From contig CBFICO010000004.1 of NCBI GenBank assembly GCA_965661115.1, positions 1,058-65,057 on the forward strand: DNA of 64,000 nt, in the 5' to 3' direction. A program made the translations under genes and the position numbers. Shown in pieces: positions 38,812 through 47,561 of this stretch (position 1 is the stretch's first letter; every line of letters starts with the position of its first letter). Under the pieces are notes generated by a model. The model did not search any database. It saw nothing but the letters and a program-made list of their open reading frames with translations, and was not told where the DNA came from. The DNA comes from Salibacteraceae bacterium. Lineage in GTDB: Bacteria > Bacteroidota > Bacteroidia > Flavobacteriales_G > Salibacteraceae.

Positions 38812-38840
38812 AAAAAAAAAGAGAATTTTAAAAATTCTCT
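38812..38840 (-). terminator. rho-independent terminator after tsf
   Basis: The minus strand has an AGAGAATTTT/AAAATTCTCT hairpin followed by a T9 run. Confidence 0.7.
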
Positions 38841-38856
38841 TTTCTTATTTTTCGTT

Positions 38857-39675
38857 TTATGAAAGGGTTATCAACTTAAACCCTTTTACTTGAAGGTCGC
38901 CGTCGACTTCCTTTAAATATTGCTTAACTGACTTCTTAGGAGTTTTAATAAACTCTTGATTAAGTAAGGTTCTTTCTTTTAGGAATTTACCCAATTTACC
39001 TTGAGCAATTTTTCCAGCCATTTCAGCTGGTTTACCCTCGGCAATTGCTTGCTCAGTTCCTATTTCGATTTCTTTTTGCTTAACTTCTTCAGAAACTTCA
39101 GACTCGTCAAGAGCAATAGGACTCATAGCTGCAACTTGCATTGCAATGTCTCTACCAACGTCAGCGTTGTCTTTAGAAAGCGCTACGATAGCTGCTGTTC
39201 TGTTTCCTGGGTGATTGTAAGCAACCACTTTTTCTGAAGAAAGGATACCGTAATCAGAAACTTCAAGTTTCTCACCAATTTTACCCATTTGCTCTTGAAT
39301 AACCTCAGAAACAGATCTTCCGTTCCAATCTGCGTTATTCAAATCATCTTTAGAACCTGGCATTTTAGATAATGCTAAGTCTGCCAATCCTTCTACAAAG
39401 TCGATAAATTGCTGATTCTTAGCTACGAAATCAGTTTCGCAGTTCAACACTAAGTTGATACCAGTTTTACCATCTTCGGTTGTTTTTGCAATTACATACC
39501 CTTCAGAAGCATCATTGTCACCACGCTTAGCGGCAATTTTTTGACCTTTCTTCCTAAGTAATTCAATTGCTTTTTCGAAATCACCGTCAGTTTCTACCAA
39601 CGCTTTCTTACAATCCATCAAACCTAATCCGGTTTGCTTTCTCAATTTATTTACGTCTGCTGCTGTAATAGCCAT
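38857..39675 (-). CDS. tsf: elongation factor Ts
   Basis: N-terminal UBA-like ITAADVNKLRKQTGLGLMDCKKALVETDGDFEKAIELLRKKG; 272 aa. Confidence 0.95.
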   Translation of the reverse strand: MAITAADVNKLRKQTGLGLMDCKKALVETDGDFEKAIELLRKKGQKIAAKRGDNDASEGYVIAKTTEDGKTGINLVLNCETDFVAKNQQFIDFVEGLADLALSKMPGSKDDLNNADWNGRSVSEVIQEQMGKIGEKLEVSDYGILSSEKVVAYNHPGNRTAAIVALSKDNADVGRDIAMQVAAMSPIALDESEVSEEVKQKEIEIGTEQAIAEGKPAEMAGKIAQGKLGKFLKERTLLNQEFIKTPKKSVKQYLKEVDGDLQVKGFKLITLS

Positions 39676-39702
39676 CTTAGTAAGTGTAATTCGTTAAGGT
39701 AA

Positions 39703-40464
39703 TTATGCTTTTGTTTCTACTTTTTCAGCTTTAGGCTTAGCTTCAGCCTTTTCAGCTTTCTTCTCTTCGCGGGTTGCTTTTCTATCAGACAATCCTTCTT
39801 TGATAGCTCCTGTTACCACTTCCATGATTTTAGCAATAGATTTTGCTGCATCATCATTTGCTGGAATTGGAAAATCAATCAACTTAGGATCAGAGTTAGT
39901 ATCAACGATTGCGAAAGTTGGGATATTCAATCTTTTTGCTTCTTTTACTGCAATGTGCTCTTTTTTCACATCTACAATAAATAATGCAGCAGGAAGACGA
40001 TTTAACTCAGAGATAGACCCTAAGTTTTTATCCAATTTATCTTTCTGACGTTGAAGTAAAAGTCTTTCTTTCTTGTTTACACCTGTTGCTTCTGGATCGT
40101 TAAGCACTTTGTCAATTTGTGCCATTTTACGAATCGCTTTTCTGATAGTAACAAAGTTGGTAAGCATACCACCTGTCCAACGCTCAGTTACAAAAGGCAT
40201 ATCTACTGACTCAGCAGCACTTGAAATTGCTTCTCTTGCTTGTTTCTTAGTAGCAACAAACATTACTTTTTTACCTGAAGCAGCAATTTGCTTAAGTGCA
40301 TTACAAGCTTCGTCAAGCTTTACAACAGTTTTGTGTAAATCGATTACGTGAATCCCGTTACGCTCCATAAAAATGTAAGGAGCCATGTTTGGGTTCCACT
40401 TTCTTTTAAGGTGACCGAAATGTACGCCAGCCTCTAAAAGGTCTTGATAATTAGTTCTCGCCAT
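39703..40464 (-). CDS. rpsB: 30S ribosomal protein S2
   Basis: LLEAGVHFGHLKRKWNPNMAPYIF signature and a Lys/Glu-rich tail. Confidence 0.96.
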   Translation of the reverse strand: MARTNYQDLLEAGVHFGHLKRKWNPNMAPYIFMERNGIHVIDLHKTVVKLDEACNALKQIAASGKKVMFVATKKQAREAISSAAESVDMPFVTERWTGGMLTNFVTIRKAIRKMAQIDKVLNDPEATGVNKKERLLLQRQKDKLDKNLGSISELNRLPAALFIVDVKKEHIAVKEAKRLNIPTFAIVDTNSDPKLIDFPIPANDDAAKSIAKIMEVVTGAIKEGLSDRKATREEKKAEKAEAKPKAEKVETKA

Positions 40465-40587
40465 TTTAAAAAAGTTTATAAAATCCTGGAATCTGCCAGG
40501 CCAGGTTTATCGCTCACGTTCCGCCGACTCTACTAATAAAGAGCATCCCGAAAAATTCGGGATTGGATGCTGAGCTTGAAATAAAAA
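40465..40587 (-). promoter_or_regulatory. structured rpsI-rpsB spacer (candidate attenuator or S2 leader)
   Basis: Two hairpins with duplicated 3' arms. The first is ATCCCGAA/TTCGGGAT nested in AGCATCC/GGATGCT (40542-40571). The second is CCTGG-aatctg-CCAGGCCAGG (40485-40505). No TAnnTTTG box seen before rpsB. Confidence 0.35.
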
Positions 40588-40974
40588 TTAACGCTTGCTA
40601 AACTGGAATTTCTTACGAGCTTTCTTCTGTCCTGGTTTCTTACGCTCAACCATTCTAGGGTCACGAGTCATAAGTCCTTCTGCTCTTAAAGCAGGCTTAT
40701 GCTCTTCGTTAACCTCAACTAAAGCTCTAGAGATAGCTAAAGAAATTGCTTCAGCTTGTCCAGAAATTCCACCACCGTGTGCATTTACTTTAACATCGTA
40801 TTTGCCCATGTTTTCAGTTACAGCAAATGGTCTGTTTACCACTTGAACTAACAAATCTGAAGAGAAATACTCTTTTACATCACGTTTGTTTACGGTAATG
40901 TTTCCTTTTCCTTCAGATAAGTAAACTCTCGCTACCGATGTTTTTCTTCTGCCTAATGTGTTTATAACGGCCAT
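40588..40974 (-). CDS. rpsI: 30S ribosomal protein S9
   Basis: 128 aa ending ...[12 protein letters not shown]; [11 protein letters not shown] signature. Confidence 0.96.
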   Translation of the reverse strand: MAVINTLGRRKTSVARVYLSEGKGNITVNKRDVKEYFSSDLLVQVVNRPFAVTENMGKYDVKVNAHGGGISGQAEAISLAISRALVEVNEEHKPALRAEGLMTRDPRMVERKKPGQKKARKKFQFSKR

Positions 40975-40979
40975 AAAAA

Positions 40980-41435
40980 TTACTTAATGCTGTTGATATC
41001 AAATTTTGCAGGCTTTTGAGCTTCGTGATCGTGCTCTGCACCAGCATATACTTTTAAATTTCTGTAAAGAGCGCTACCCAATCTGTTTTTAGGTAACATT
41101 CCTTTGATAGACTTTTCTACTACACGGTGTGGGTGTTTTTCTAACATCACCTTTACCGAAGTACTTCTCTGTCCACCTGGGTAACCCGTGTGACGCAAGT
41201 ACTCTTTAGTATCCATCTTATTTCCACTCAATACAATTTTATCTGCATTGATAACAATTACGTTATCGCCACAATCTACATGTGGTGAGTATGAAGGCTT
41301 GTGTTTTCCTCTTAAAAGTTGAGCAACTCTTGAAGAGAATCTTCCTAATGTCTGTCCTTCTGCGTCAACAACCAACCAATTCTTATCAGCTGAATCTTTG
41401 TTAACGTGCGTTGTCTTATAGCTTACTGTATCCAA
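40980..41435 (-). CDS. rplM: 50S ribosomal protein L13
   Basis: [37 protein letters not shown] signature. Apparent TTG start. Confidence 0.95.
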   Translation of the reverse strand: MDTVSYKTTHVNKDSADKNWLVVDAEGQTLGRFSSRVAQLLRGKHKPSYSPHVDCGDNVIVINADKIVLSGNKMDTKEYLRHTGYPGGQRSTSVKVMLEKHPHRVVEKSIKGMLPKNRLGSALYRNLKVYAGAEHDHEAQKPAKFDINSIK

Positions 41436-41468
41436 TTTGCTTCAGTTTAGCGTAATCAATAAATAATA

Positions 41469-41488
41469 CACCCCCAAAAACGGGGGTG
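41469..41488 (-). terminator. hairpin terminator after the YceI-like gene, immediately upstream of rplM
   Basis: CACCCCC-loop-GGGGGTG 7-bp GC stem. On the minus strand it is followed by TATTATTTATT. Confidence 0.6.
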
Positions 41489-41600
41489 CAAATTTAGAAT
41501 TTATTTTTAATCAAAACCAAACTTTATTTCGGTTTAAATCAACCTTTTACAATTCGCTTTGATTTTGAACAATTTTATCAGCTTGAAATCAGTGTTTCAA

Positions 41601-42254
41601 TCACTTACAATCTTTAGAAAGAACAGCGGAAATATTGATATCAACAGTCGGCCAAAGTTTAGATACACCATCCTCTCCTTTGTGCAATTCTTCGCAAACC
41701 TTGTTTAATGCATCAATTGCACTCATTCCGTCCCAATTTACAACATCAATTGTTCCTGTTAAGCTCACTTTTGTTCCCTCTATTGCGTATTTCAACTCTT
41801 GCTGATAGGTAGAATCGTTCATTGTTAACTTTACCTGAGCTGTTCCAGCCTCACCGTTTCCTTTCATGCCAACAATAGACCCAGTAATTGAACCCGTATT
41901 TGCCATAGTTCCGAAAAACGATTCCATAATTTTTTTATCTCTATCTGGGTTTTTGGTGTTTACTGAACTAATTGGAATTTCGAAAGATAAACCGCCTAAA
42001 ATCTTTTCAGGAGTATCTACAGATCCCGCGGTTGAAACTACAACCGAATCGAATTGTCCGCCAACGCCCGCTTTTTCGGTAAACTTAAATGCTGTCCAGG
42101 CAGCAGTTACGGCATTTGCATCGTAAGAATAAGAACAAGTTTCTTGAGCAAATTCAATTTTCTTTTCAGGTTCTGCTTGTTTGGTTTCTCCATCTGAGCC
42201 ACATGCAACCAAGGCAAGGGAGCTCATTGCCAAAAATGTATTTCTAATTTTCAT
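41601..42254 (-). CDS. YceI-like lipoprotein
   Basis: Lipobox LALVACGS. FKFTEKAGVGGQFDS and SVNTKNPDRDKKI resemble the YceI family. An alternative upstream ATG lies at 42278. Confidence 0.7.
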   Translation of the reverse strand: MKIRNTFLAMSSLALVACGSDGETKQAEPEKKIEFAQETCSYSYDANAVTAAWTAFKFTEKAGVGGQFDSVVVSTAGSVDTPEKILGGLSFEIPISSVNTKNPDRDKKIMESFFGTMANTGSITGSIVGMKGNGEAGTAQVKLTMNDSTYQQELKYAIEGTKVSLTGTIDVVNWDGMSAIDALNKVCEELHKGEDGVSKLWPTVDINISAVLSKDCK

Positions 42255-42360
42255 ATCGTTTCGTTTTGTGTTTAACAAATGTAAGGGAGTACTTTAAATC
42301 CAAGCAAAATCAACCGTAGTATTTAAGTTAAGTTTGATGCCTGATATTCTCCTATAACGA

Positions 42361-42777
42361 ATGACAAAAAGTATCACACTTCGTTTACTGAACTTTATAA
42401 TTGGGTGCATTGTGACACTTAGTTTGCAAGGTCAAAGCGATTTTCAACTAACCATTAGTTTTTCTGGAATCACATCAGATCAGGGTAAAATGATGATTAA
42501 AGTACAAGATAAAACGGAGAAAGACGTGGCCAAATTGGTTTTACCCATTTCGAGTGGAAAAGCCAGCACCAGTATTATACTAAAAAAAGGAAAGTATGGC
42601 GTTTCTGCTTTTCACGACGAGAATGAAAATGAAAAAATTGATTTGAGTTTCATCGGTGTACCAACTGAAGTCTATGGTTTCTCGAACAACGCACGTGGAA
42701 CTTTTGGAAAACCACCTTATGACGAAACCTTGATTGATTTAACCTCGAACAAAAGCATTACCATAAAACTAGAATGA
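42361..42777 (+). CDS. DUF2141 domain protein
   Basis: Signal peptide, then FHDENENEKIDLSFIGVPTEVYGFSNNARGTFGKPPYDE, typical of DUF2141. Confidence 0.75.
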   Translation: MTKSITLRLLNFIIGCIVTLSLQGQSDFQLTISFSGITSDQGKMMIKVQDKTEKDVAKLVLPISSGKASTSIILKKGKYGVSAFHDENENEKIDLSFIGVPTEVYGFSNNARGTFGKPPYDETLIDLTSNKSITIKLE

Positions 42778-43964
42778 ACTTAATATCTATTCAAGAAGCT
42801 TTAGATGCGGTTTTAAACAACACGAAACCCGGAGCTAATTCAAAAACAACGCTAAAAAACATCCAGCATAACTATCTAGCTGAAGATGTGATTGCTCCTA
42901 TAGATTTACCCGGATTTGACAATTCGGCAATGGATGGATATGTTTTCCGCTATGAAGATTATGAAAACGGAAACAGAACCTTTACTCAAACTGGTAAAAT
43001 AAAAGCCGGAGATCCTTTACCAAGTTCCATTGCTGAAAACTGCTGCTACCGAATTTTTACCGGTGCAGCTGTACCCGATAATGGTTCGTTGGTAATTATG
43101 CAGGAACACATTTCTATCAACGGAAATCAAATTACCATCGAGGAAGAAGGAAGCAAGTATTTTCAGAACATTAGAAAACGAGGCGAACAAGAAACAAAAG
43201 GCAAGGTTGCTCTTGAAAAAGGTACCTACCTCTCGCCAGCCGCTATTGGGTATTTATCCTCTTTGGGCATAACCGAAGTTGAAACGATTTACCCACCAAA
43301 AGTTTCGATCCTTACTACAGGAAACGAACTGGTTCAGCCCGGAACAGAACTAAAATCCGGACAGATATATGAATCTAACTCGGGAGCTCTCATGGCTGGT
43401 TTTAAACAGTTTAGGATAGATGCAAAAGTTTCACTTAAGGTGAACGATGAATACGAATTAACGAAAACAGCCATAAAAGGACACCTTGAAAACAACGATT
43501 TTCTGGTTTTAACGGGTGGCATTTCTGTTGGTGATTACGACTTTGTTGGAAAAGCACTAATTGAGCTTGGAGTTGAACAGGCATTTTATAAAGTGAACCA
43601 AAAACCCGGGAAACCTTTCTTCTTTGGAAAGACAGATAATTGCCTTGTTTTTGCCTTGCCTGGTAACCCGGCAGCTGTAATGACTTGTTTTTATTATTAC
43701 CTACAACCAGCAATACGAAAGTTTATGGGAGCTTCGAATCCAACAAATCTTGAATTTAATTTGCCACTGCTTACCGAATTTTATTTGAAGGGCTCTAGAG
43801 ATGTTTTGCTAAAAGCCATAATTGAAAATGGAGGTGTAAACATTCTAGACGGGCAATCGAGTAACATGATGCACACCTTTGCGCATGCCAATGGCATTGT
43901 GCAATTACAGGCAACTAAAAATGAATTTGCTAAAGGGGAAATGGTAAGGGTTTTTCCTGTTTAA
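42774..43964 (+). CDS. moeA: molybdopterin molybdotransferase
   Basis: 396 aa; PGFDNSAMDGY, LTTGNEL, LTGGISVGDYD motifs. Confidence 0.9.
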   Translation: MNLISIQEALDAVLNNTKPGANSKTTLKNIQHNYLAEDVIAPIDLPGFDNSAMDGYVFRYEDYENGNRTFTQTGKIKAGDPLPSSIAENCCYRIFTGAAVPDNGSLVIMQEHISINGNQITIEEEGSKYFQNIRKRGEQETKGKVALEKGTYLSPAAIGYLSSLGITEVETIYPPKVSILTTGNELVQPGTELKSGQIYESNSGALMAGFKQFRIDAKVSLKVNDEYELTKTAIKGHLENNDFLVLTGGISVGDYDFVGKALIELGVEQAFYKVNQKPGKPFFFGKTDNCLVFALPGNPAAVMTCFYYYLQPAIRKFMGASNPTNLEFNLPLLTEFYLKGSRDVLLKAIIENGGVNILDGQSSNMMHTFAHANGIVQLQATKNEFAKGEMVRVFPV

Positions 43965-44083
43965 CGCCTCATTACCCCCTCCCACTCCCGTTGTTAAAAA
44001 AACCTCCTAACACAACATATTCGCAACAGCTTGTTTTACACCTTTGAGTTGGAGTTGAAGCATCAACTTTTATATAAAACAAA

Positions 44084-45562
44084 GTGACTGGAAGCATAAA
44101 AAAATTAGCAGGACAAACAGCCTTATACGGGCTGAGTAGTATTCTACCGCGCTTTTTAAATTATGCATTGGTTCCGTTGCATACGGCTTTGTACTCCACC
44201 AACCAATACGGCATTATCACTGAAATGTATGCTTATGTAGCTTTCTTGGTTATCCTACTAACCTATGGTATGGAAACGGCCTATTTCCGGTTCTCTAACA
44301 AAGAGGGAGTTATAGAAACTACCGTTTTTGGCACCGTTTTAAAATCAATAACCACTACCAGTTTTACGTTTATTATAACGGCAATCATCTTTCAGCAAGA
44401 AATTGCCAATTGGCTCAAATACCCCAATCACAGCGAATACGTAGTTTGGTTTGCCATCATTATCGGATTAGATGCTATTTCGGCTATTCCATTGGCTCGA
44501 TTGCGTTTTGAGAACAAGCCCTTAAAATTTGCTTTTATAAATATTAGCTCGGTATTGGTAAATATTGGTTTAAATGTCTTCTTCTTAGGGTACTGCATGA
44601 CTGCCTACAAATTAGGAAACACAAACGCATTAATCGATGCGGTTTACAACCCTGAAATTGGTGTGGGCTATGTTTTTATTGCTAATCTAGCCGCCAGCAT
44701 CTGGAAAATCCTAGTCTGTACTCCTACCTACTTTAAGGTTAAAATGGGCTTTGATAAACAACTACTCAAACAGCTTTTAAAATATGGTGCACCCTTACTC
44801 TTAGCAGGCTTGGCTGGAATTGTAAACGAAACGCTTGACCGAATTTTACTAAAGCATCTTATGTACGATACTTTAGGAGAAGTTGAAGCCATGAGTCAAT
44901 TGGGGGTTTATGGGGCATGTTATAAACTTTCTATCATTATCACTTTGTTTATTCAGGCGTTTAGGTATGCTGCTGAGCCATTCTTTTTTTCGCAAGCCAA
45001 AAACAAAAACGCTCCAGAGGTTTATGCCAACGTAATGAACTACTTTGTTGCAGTATGTGGTCTCATCTTTTTAGGCGTTACTCTGTACATCGATATTATC
45101 AAGTATTTTATTCCTAACCCCGATTATTGGGTTGGATTAAAAGTGGTTCCAATTCTACTGATGGCAAACATATGTTTGGGCATTTATTTTAACCAATCTA
45201 TCTGGTATAAAATGACCGATAAAACCAAATTTGGCGCCTATATAGCCATTGGTGGAGCGATAATTACCATTACCTTAAACCTTATATTAATTCCAATTTT
45301 AGGATATATGGGATCTGCTTGGGCTACGTTAATTGTTTATGCTCTTATGGTGATTAGCTCGTATATTCTTGGGCAAAAACACTTTCCAATTCCGTATAAT
45401 CTACCGCGAGTGCTCGGGTACATTGGACTTGCCTTAATCTTATTTTTTGGGGGCAGCTATATTCAGCAAGAACACGGTTTAAACTTTTTAGCTGCAAGCA
45501 TTTGCCTTGCTATTTTTGTTGGAAGCGTTTATTGGATTGAAATTGTACGCGGAAAAATATAA
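44084..45562 (+). CDS. MOP-superfamily polysaccharide flippase (Wzx/polysaccharide biosynthesis protein)
   Basis: 492 aa with about 12-14 TM helices, GTG start, and the usual position next to dut in Flavobacteriia. Confidence 0.75.
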   Translation: MTGSIKKLAGQTALYGLSSILPRFLNYALVPLHTALYSTNQYGIITEMYAYVAFLVILLTYGMETAYFRFSNKEGVIETTVFGTVLKSITTTSFTFIITAIIFQQEIANWLKYPNHSEYVVWFAIIIGLDAISAIPLARLRFENKPLKFAFINISSVLVNIGLNVFFLGYCMTAYKLGNTNALIDAVYNPEIGVGYVFIANLAASIWKILVCTPTYFKVKMGFDKQLLKQLLKYGAPLLLAGLAGIVNETLDRILLKHLMYDTLGEVEAMSQLGVYGACYKLSIIITLFIQAFRYAAEPFFFSQAKNKNAPEVYANVMNYFVAVCGLIFLGVTLYIDIIKYFIPNPDYWVGLKVVPILLMANICLGIYFNQSIWYKMTDKTKFGAYIAIGGAIITITLNLILIPILGYMGSAWATLIVYALMVISSYILGQKHFPIPYNLPRVLGYIGLALILFFGGSYIQQEHGLNFLAASICLAIFVGSVYWIEIVRGKI

Positions 45563-45568
45563 TATCAG

Positions 45569-46003
45569 ATGACCATTGAAGTAATAAATAAGAGTAAACA
45601 CGCTCTCCCAGAATACGCCACAGCACAATCTGCAGGGATGGATTTAAGAGCAAATCTTGACGAAGCAATAACCTTAAAACCACTAGAACGAGCAATAATT
45701 CCGACAGGCTTGCACATAGCTTTACCGGCAGGATACGAAGCACAAGTACGACCTAGAAGCGGACTTGCCGCAAAACACGGTATAACAGTACTTAACTCAC
45801 CAGGTACCATCGACGCAGATTACAGAGGGGATATTGGCGTAATTTTATGCAACTGTTCTAACAATGATTTTGTTGTTGAAGACGGTGAACGCATTGCCCA
45901 ATTAGTAATTACAAAACACGAATCTGTTGGTTGGAAACCCGTAGAAAACCTTTCAAACACTGAAAGAGGAGCTGGTGGTTTTGGTCACACAGGAAAAAAA
46001 TAA
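45569..46003 (+). CDS. dut: dUTP diphosphatase
   Basis: [36 protein letters not shown] motifs. Confidence 0.96.
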   Translation: MTIEVINKSKHALPEYATAQSAGMDLRANLDEAITLKPLERAIIPTGLHIALPAGYEAQVRPRSGLAAKHGITVLNSPGTIDADYRGDIGVILCNCSNNDFVVEDGERIAQLVITKHESVGWKPVENLSNTERGAGGFGHTGKK

Positions 46004-46007
46004 AACA

Positions 46008-46532
46008 ATGAAAAAGCTTACATACTTATCGGTTCTAATCCTATTCATAGGTTTATTCAGCTCTTGCAATAAATGCAAAGATTTAGACTGCCAAAACGGT
46101 GCAACATGCGAGAAAAGAGAAGGTGTTTGTATTTGTACTTTTTTATATGAAGGTGAACTGTGTGCCGATGAAATCAGAAAAACTTATGCTGGGAAATACA
46201 ATGGAACACTTACTTATCCAAATCCTGCTAACCCTATTGCCAGAGAAAGTAGCGAAATTGCAGTGGATGTAAAACCGGTAGGCTCTTCAGCAGCCGGTAT
46301 AGGCGTTGATTTCACTTTTTTTGGCTCAGACTATGAATTGACCGGTGTTATTACTGAGAAAGATAAGTTTACCATTAATAATCAGTCAATTAATATTAAT
46401 GGATTTGGAGACGTGTTGGTGCTAGAAAGTAGCAGTGGAACTTTTTCAAACGGAACGGTAAATGCTAACATCAACATGCAATTAGAAGATTTTCCTCTTC
46501 CAATAAACTTAACCTTTTCAGGAATTAAGTAA
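46008..46532 (+). CDS. lipoprotein with an EGF-like Cys-rich module
   Basis: Lipobox GLFSSC (start moved to MKKLTY). Followed by CKDLDCQNGATCEKREGVCICTFLYEGELC, i.e. six-Cys EGF spacing. Confidence 0.65.
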   Translation: MKKLTYLSVLILFIGLFSSCNKCKDLDCQNGATCEKREGVCICTFLYEGELCADEIRKTYAGKYNGTLTYPNPANPIARESSEIAVDVKPVGSSAAGIGVDFTFFGSDYELTGVITEKDKFTINNQSININGFGDVLVLESSSGTFSNGTVNANINMQLEDFPLPINLTFSGIK

Positions 46533-46538
46533 TTACTA

Positions 46539-47477
46539 ATGATTTCTGAAGAAAGAATTCAAAACGCGCACCAGCGCATACAACCATTTATTCATAAAAC
46601 CCCAATACTTACAAGCCAAAAGCTAAACCAATTGGCAGGTTGCGAGCTGTTTTTTAAATGCGAAAACTTTCAAAAAATCGGTGCTTTTAAGGCAAGAGGC
46701 GCTTTAAATTTTGCGCTACAACTGAAAGAGTCTGAACTAAAAAACGGACTATGTACACACAGTAGTGGAAACCATGCACAGGCTGTATCTTTAGCCGCCC
46801 AACAACTGAACACTACAGCACATATTGTTATGCCTGAAACGGCTCCAAAAGTGAAAGTGGAGGCAACGAAAAGCTACGGTGCGCAGGTTACATTCTGTAA
46901 GCCAACCTTAGAAGCCCGAGAAACTACCTTAAAGTTTGTTCAGCAACGAACAGAGGCAGTGTTTATACCTCCATACAATCACGAATGGGTAATTGAAGGT
47001 CAGGCAACGGCTGCAAAAGAGTTGTTTGAGGAAGTAAACGATATAGACTATTTACTAACCCCTGTTGGAGGAGGTGGATTATTAGCTGGAAGCGCTTTAA
47101 CTGCTCACTATTTTTCGCCGAAAACCAAAGTAATTGCAGCAGAACCTGAAGGTGCTGATGATGCCTATCAATCTTTTAAATCTGGTAAACTTATTCCTTC
47201 AACTAATCCAAATACCATAGCAGACGGGTTGTTGACCTCGGTTGGAGCTATCAATTTTAAGATTATAAAAAAGCACGTTACAGATATTGGTTTAGTAAAC
47301 GATGAGGAAATCATACATGCAATGAAACTCATTTATCAATACCTAAAAATTGTTGTAGAGCCAAGCTGTGCAACTGTTTTGGCGTTGGTATTAAAATCAC
47401 CAAACACCTATCACAATAAACGCCTAGGGTTGATACTTAGCGGTGGAAATGTGGATTTGGTTAAATTGCCTTTTTAG
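46539..47477 (+). CDS. PLP-dependent threonine/serine dehydratase (serine racemase-like)
   Basis: PLP-lysine motif ENFQKIGAFKARGA and glycine loop PVGGGGLLAG; 312 aa with no ACT domain. Confidence 0.85.
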   Translation: MISEERIQNAHQRIQPFIHKTPILTSQKLNQLAGCELFFKCENFQKIGAFKARGALNFALQLKESELKNGLCTHSSGNHAQAVSLAAQQLNTTAHIVMPETAPKVKVEATKSYGAQVTFCKPTLEARETTLKFVQQRTEAVFIPPYNHEWVIEGQATAAKELFEEVNDIDYLLTPVGGGGLLAGSALTAHYFSPKTKVIAAEPEGADDAYQSFKSGKLIPSTNPNTIADGLLTSVGAINFKIIKKHVTDIGLVNDEEIIHAMKLIYQYLKIVVEPSCATVLALVLKSPNTYHNKRLGLILSGGNVDLVKLPF

Positions 47478-47498
47478 AGAAAGATTGCACTACAAAAT

Positions 47499-47537
47499 GT
47501 TCTCGATACGTCCGCTAGGGCGTCCACTCGAACTGAC
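47499..47537. repeat. short GTCA...GAGTG / TATCGA-type repeat
   Basis: The minus strand GTCAGTTCGAGTGGACGCCCTAGCGGACGTATCGAGAAC shares its flanking scaffold with 27754-27795 (GTCATACTGAGTG...TGTATCGAAG). Confidence 0.4.
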
Positions 47538-47561
47538 AAACAAGGTCAAACAGCCAAAACC

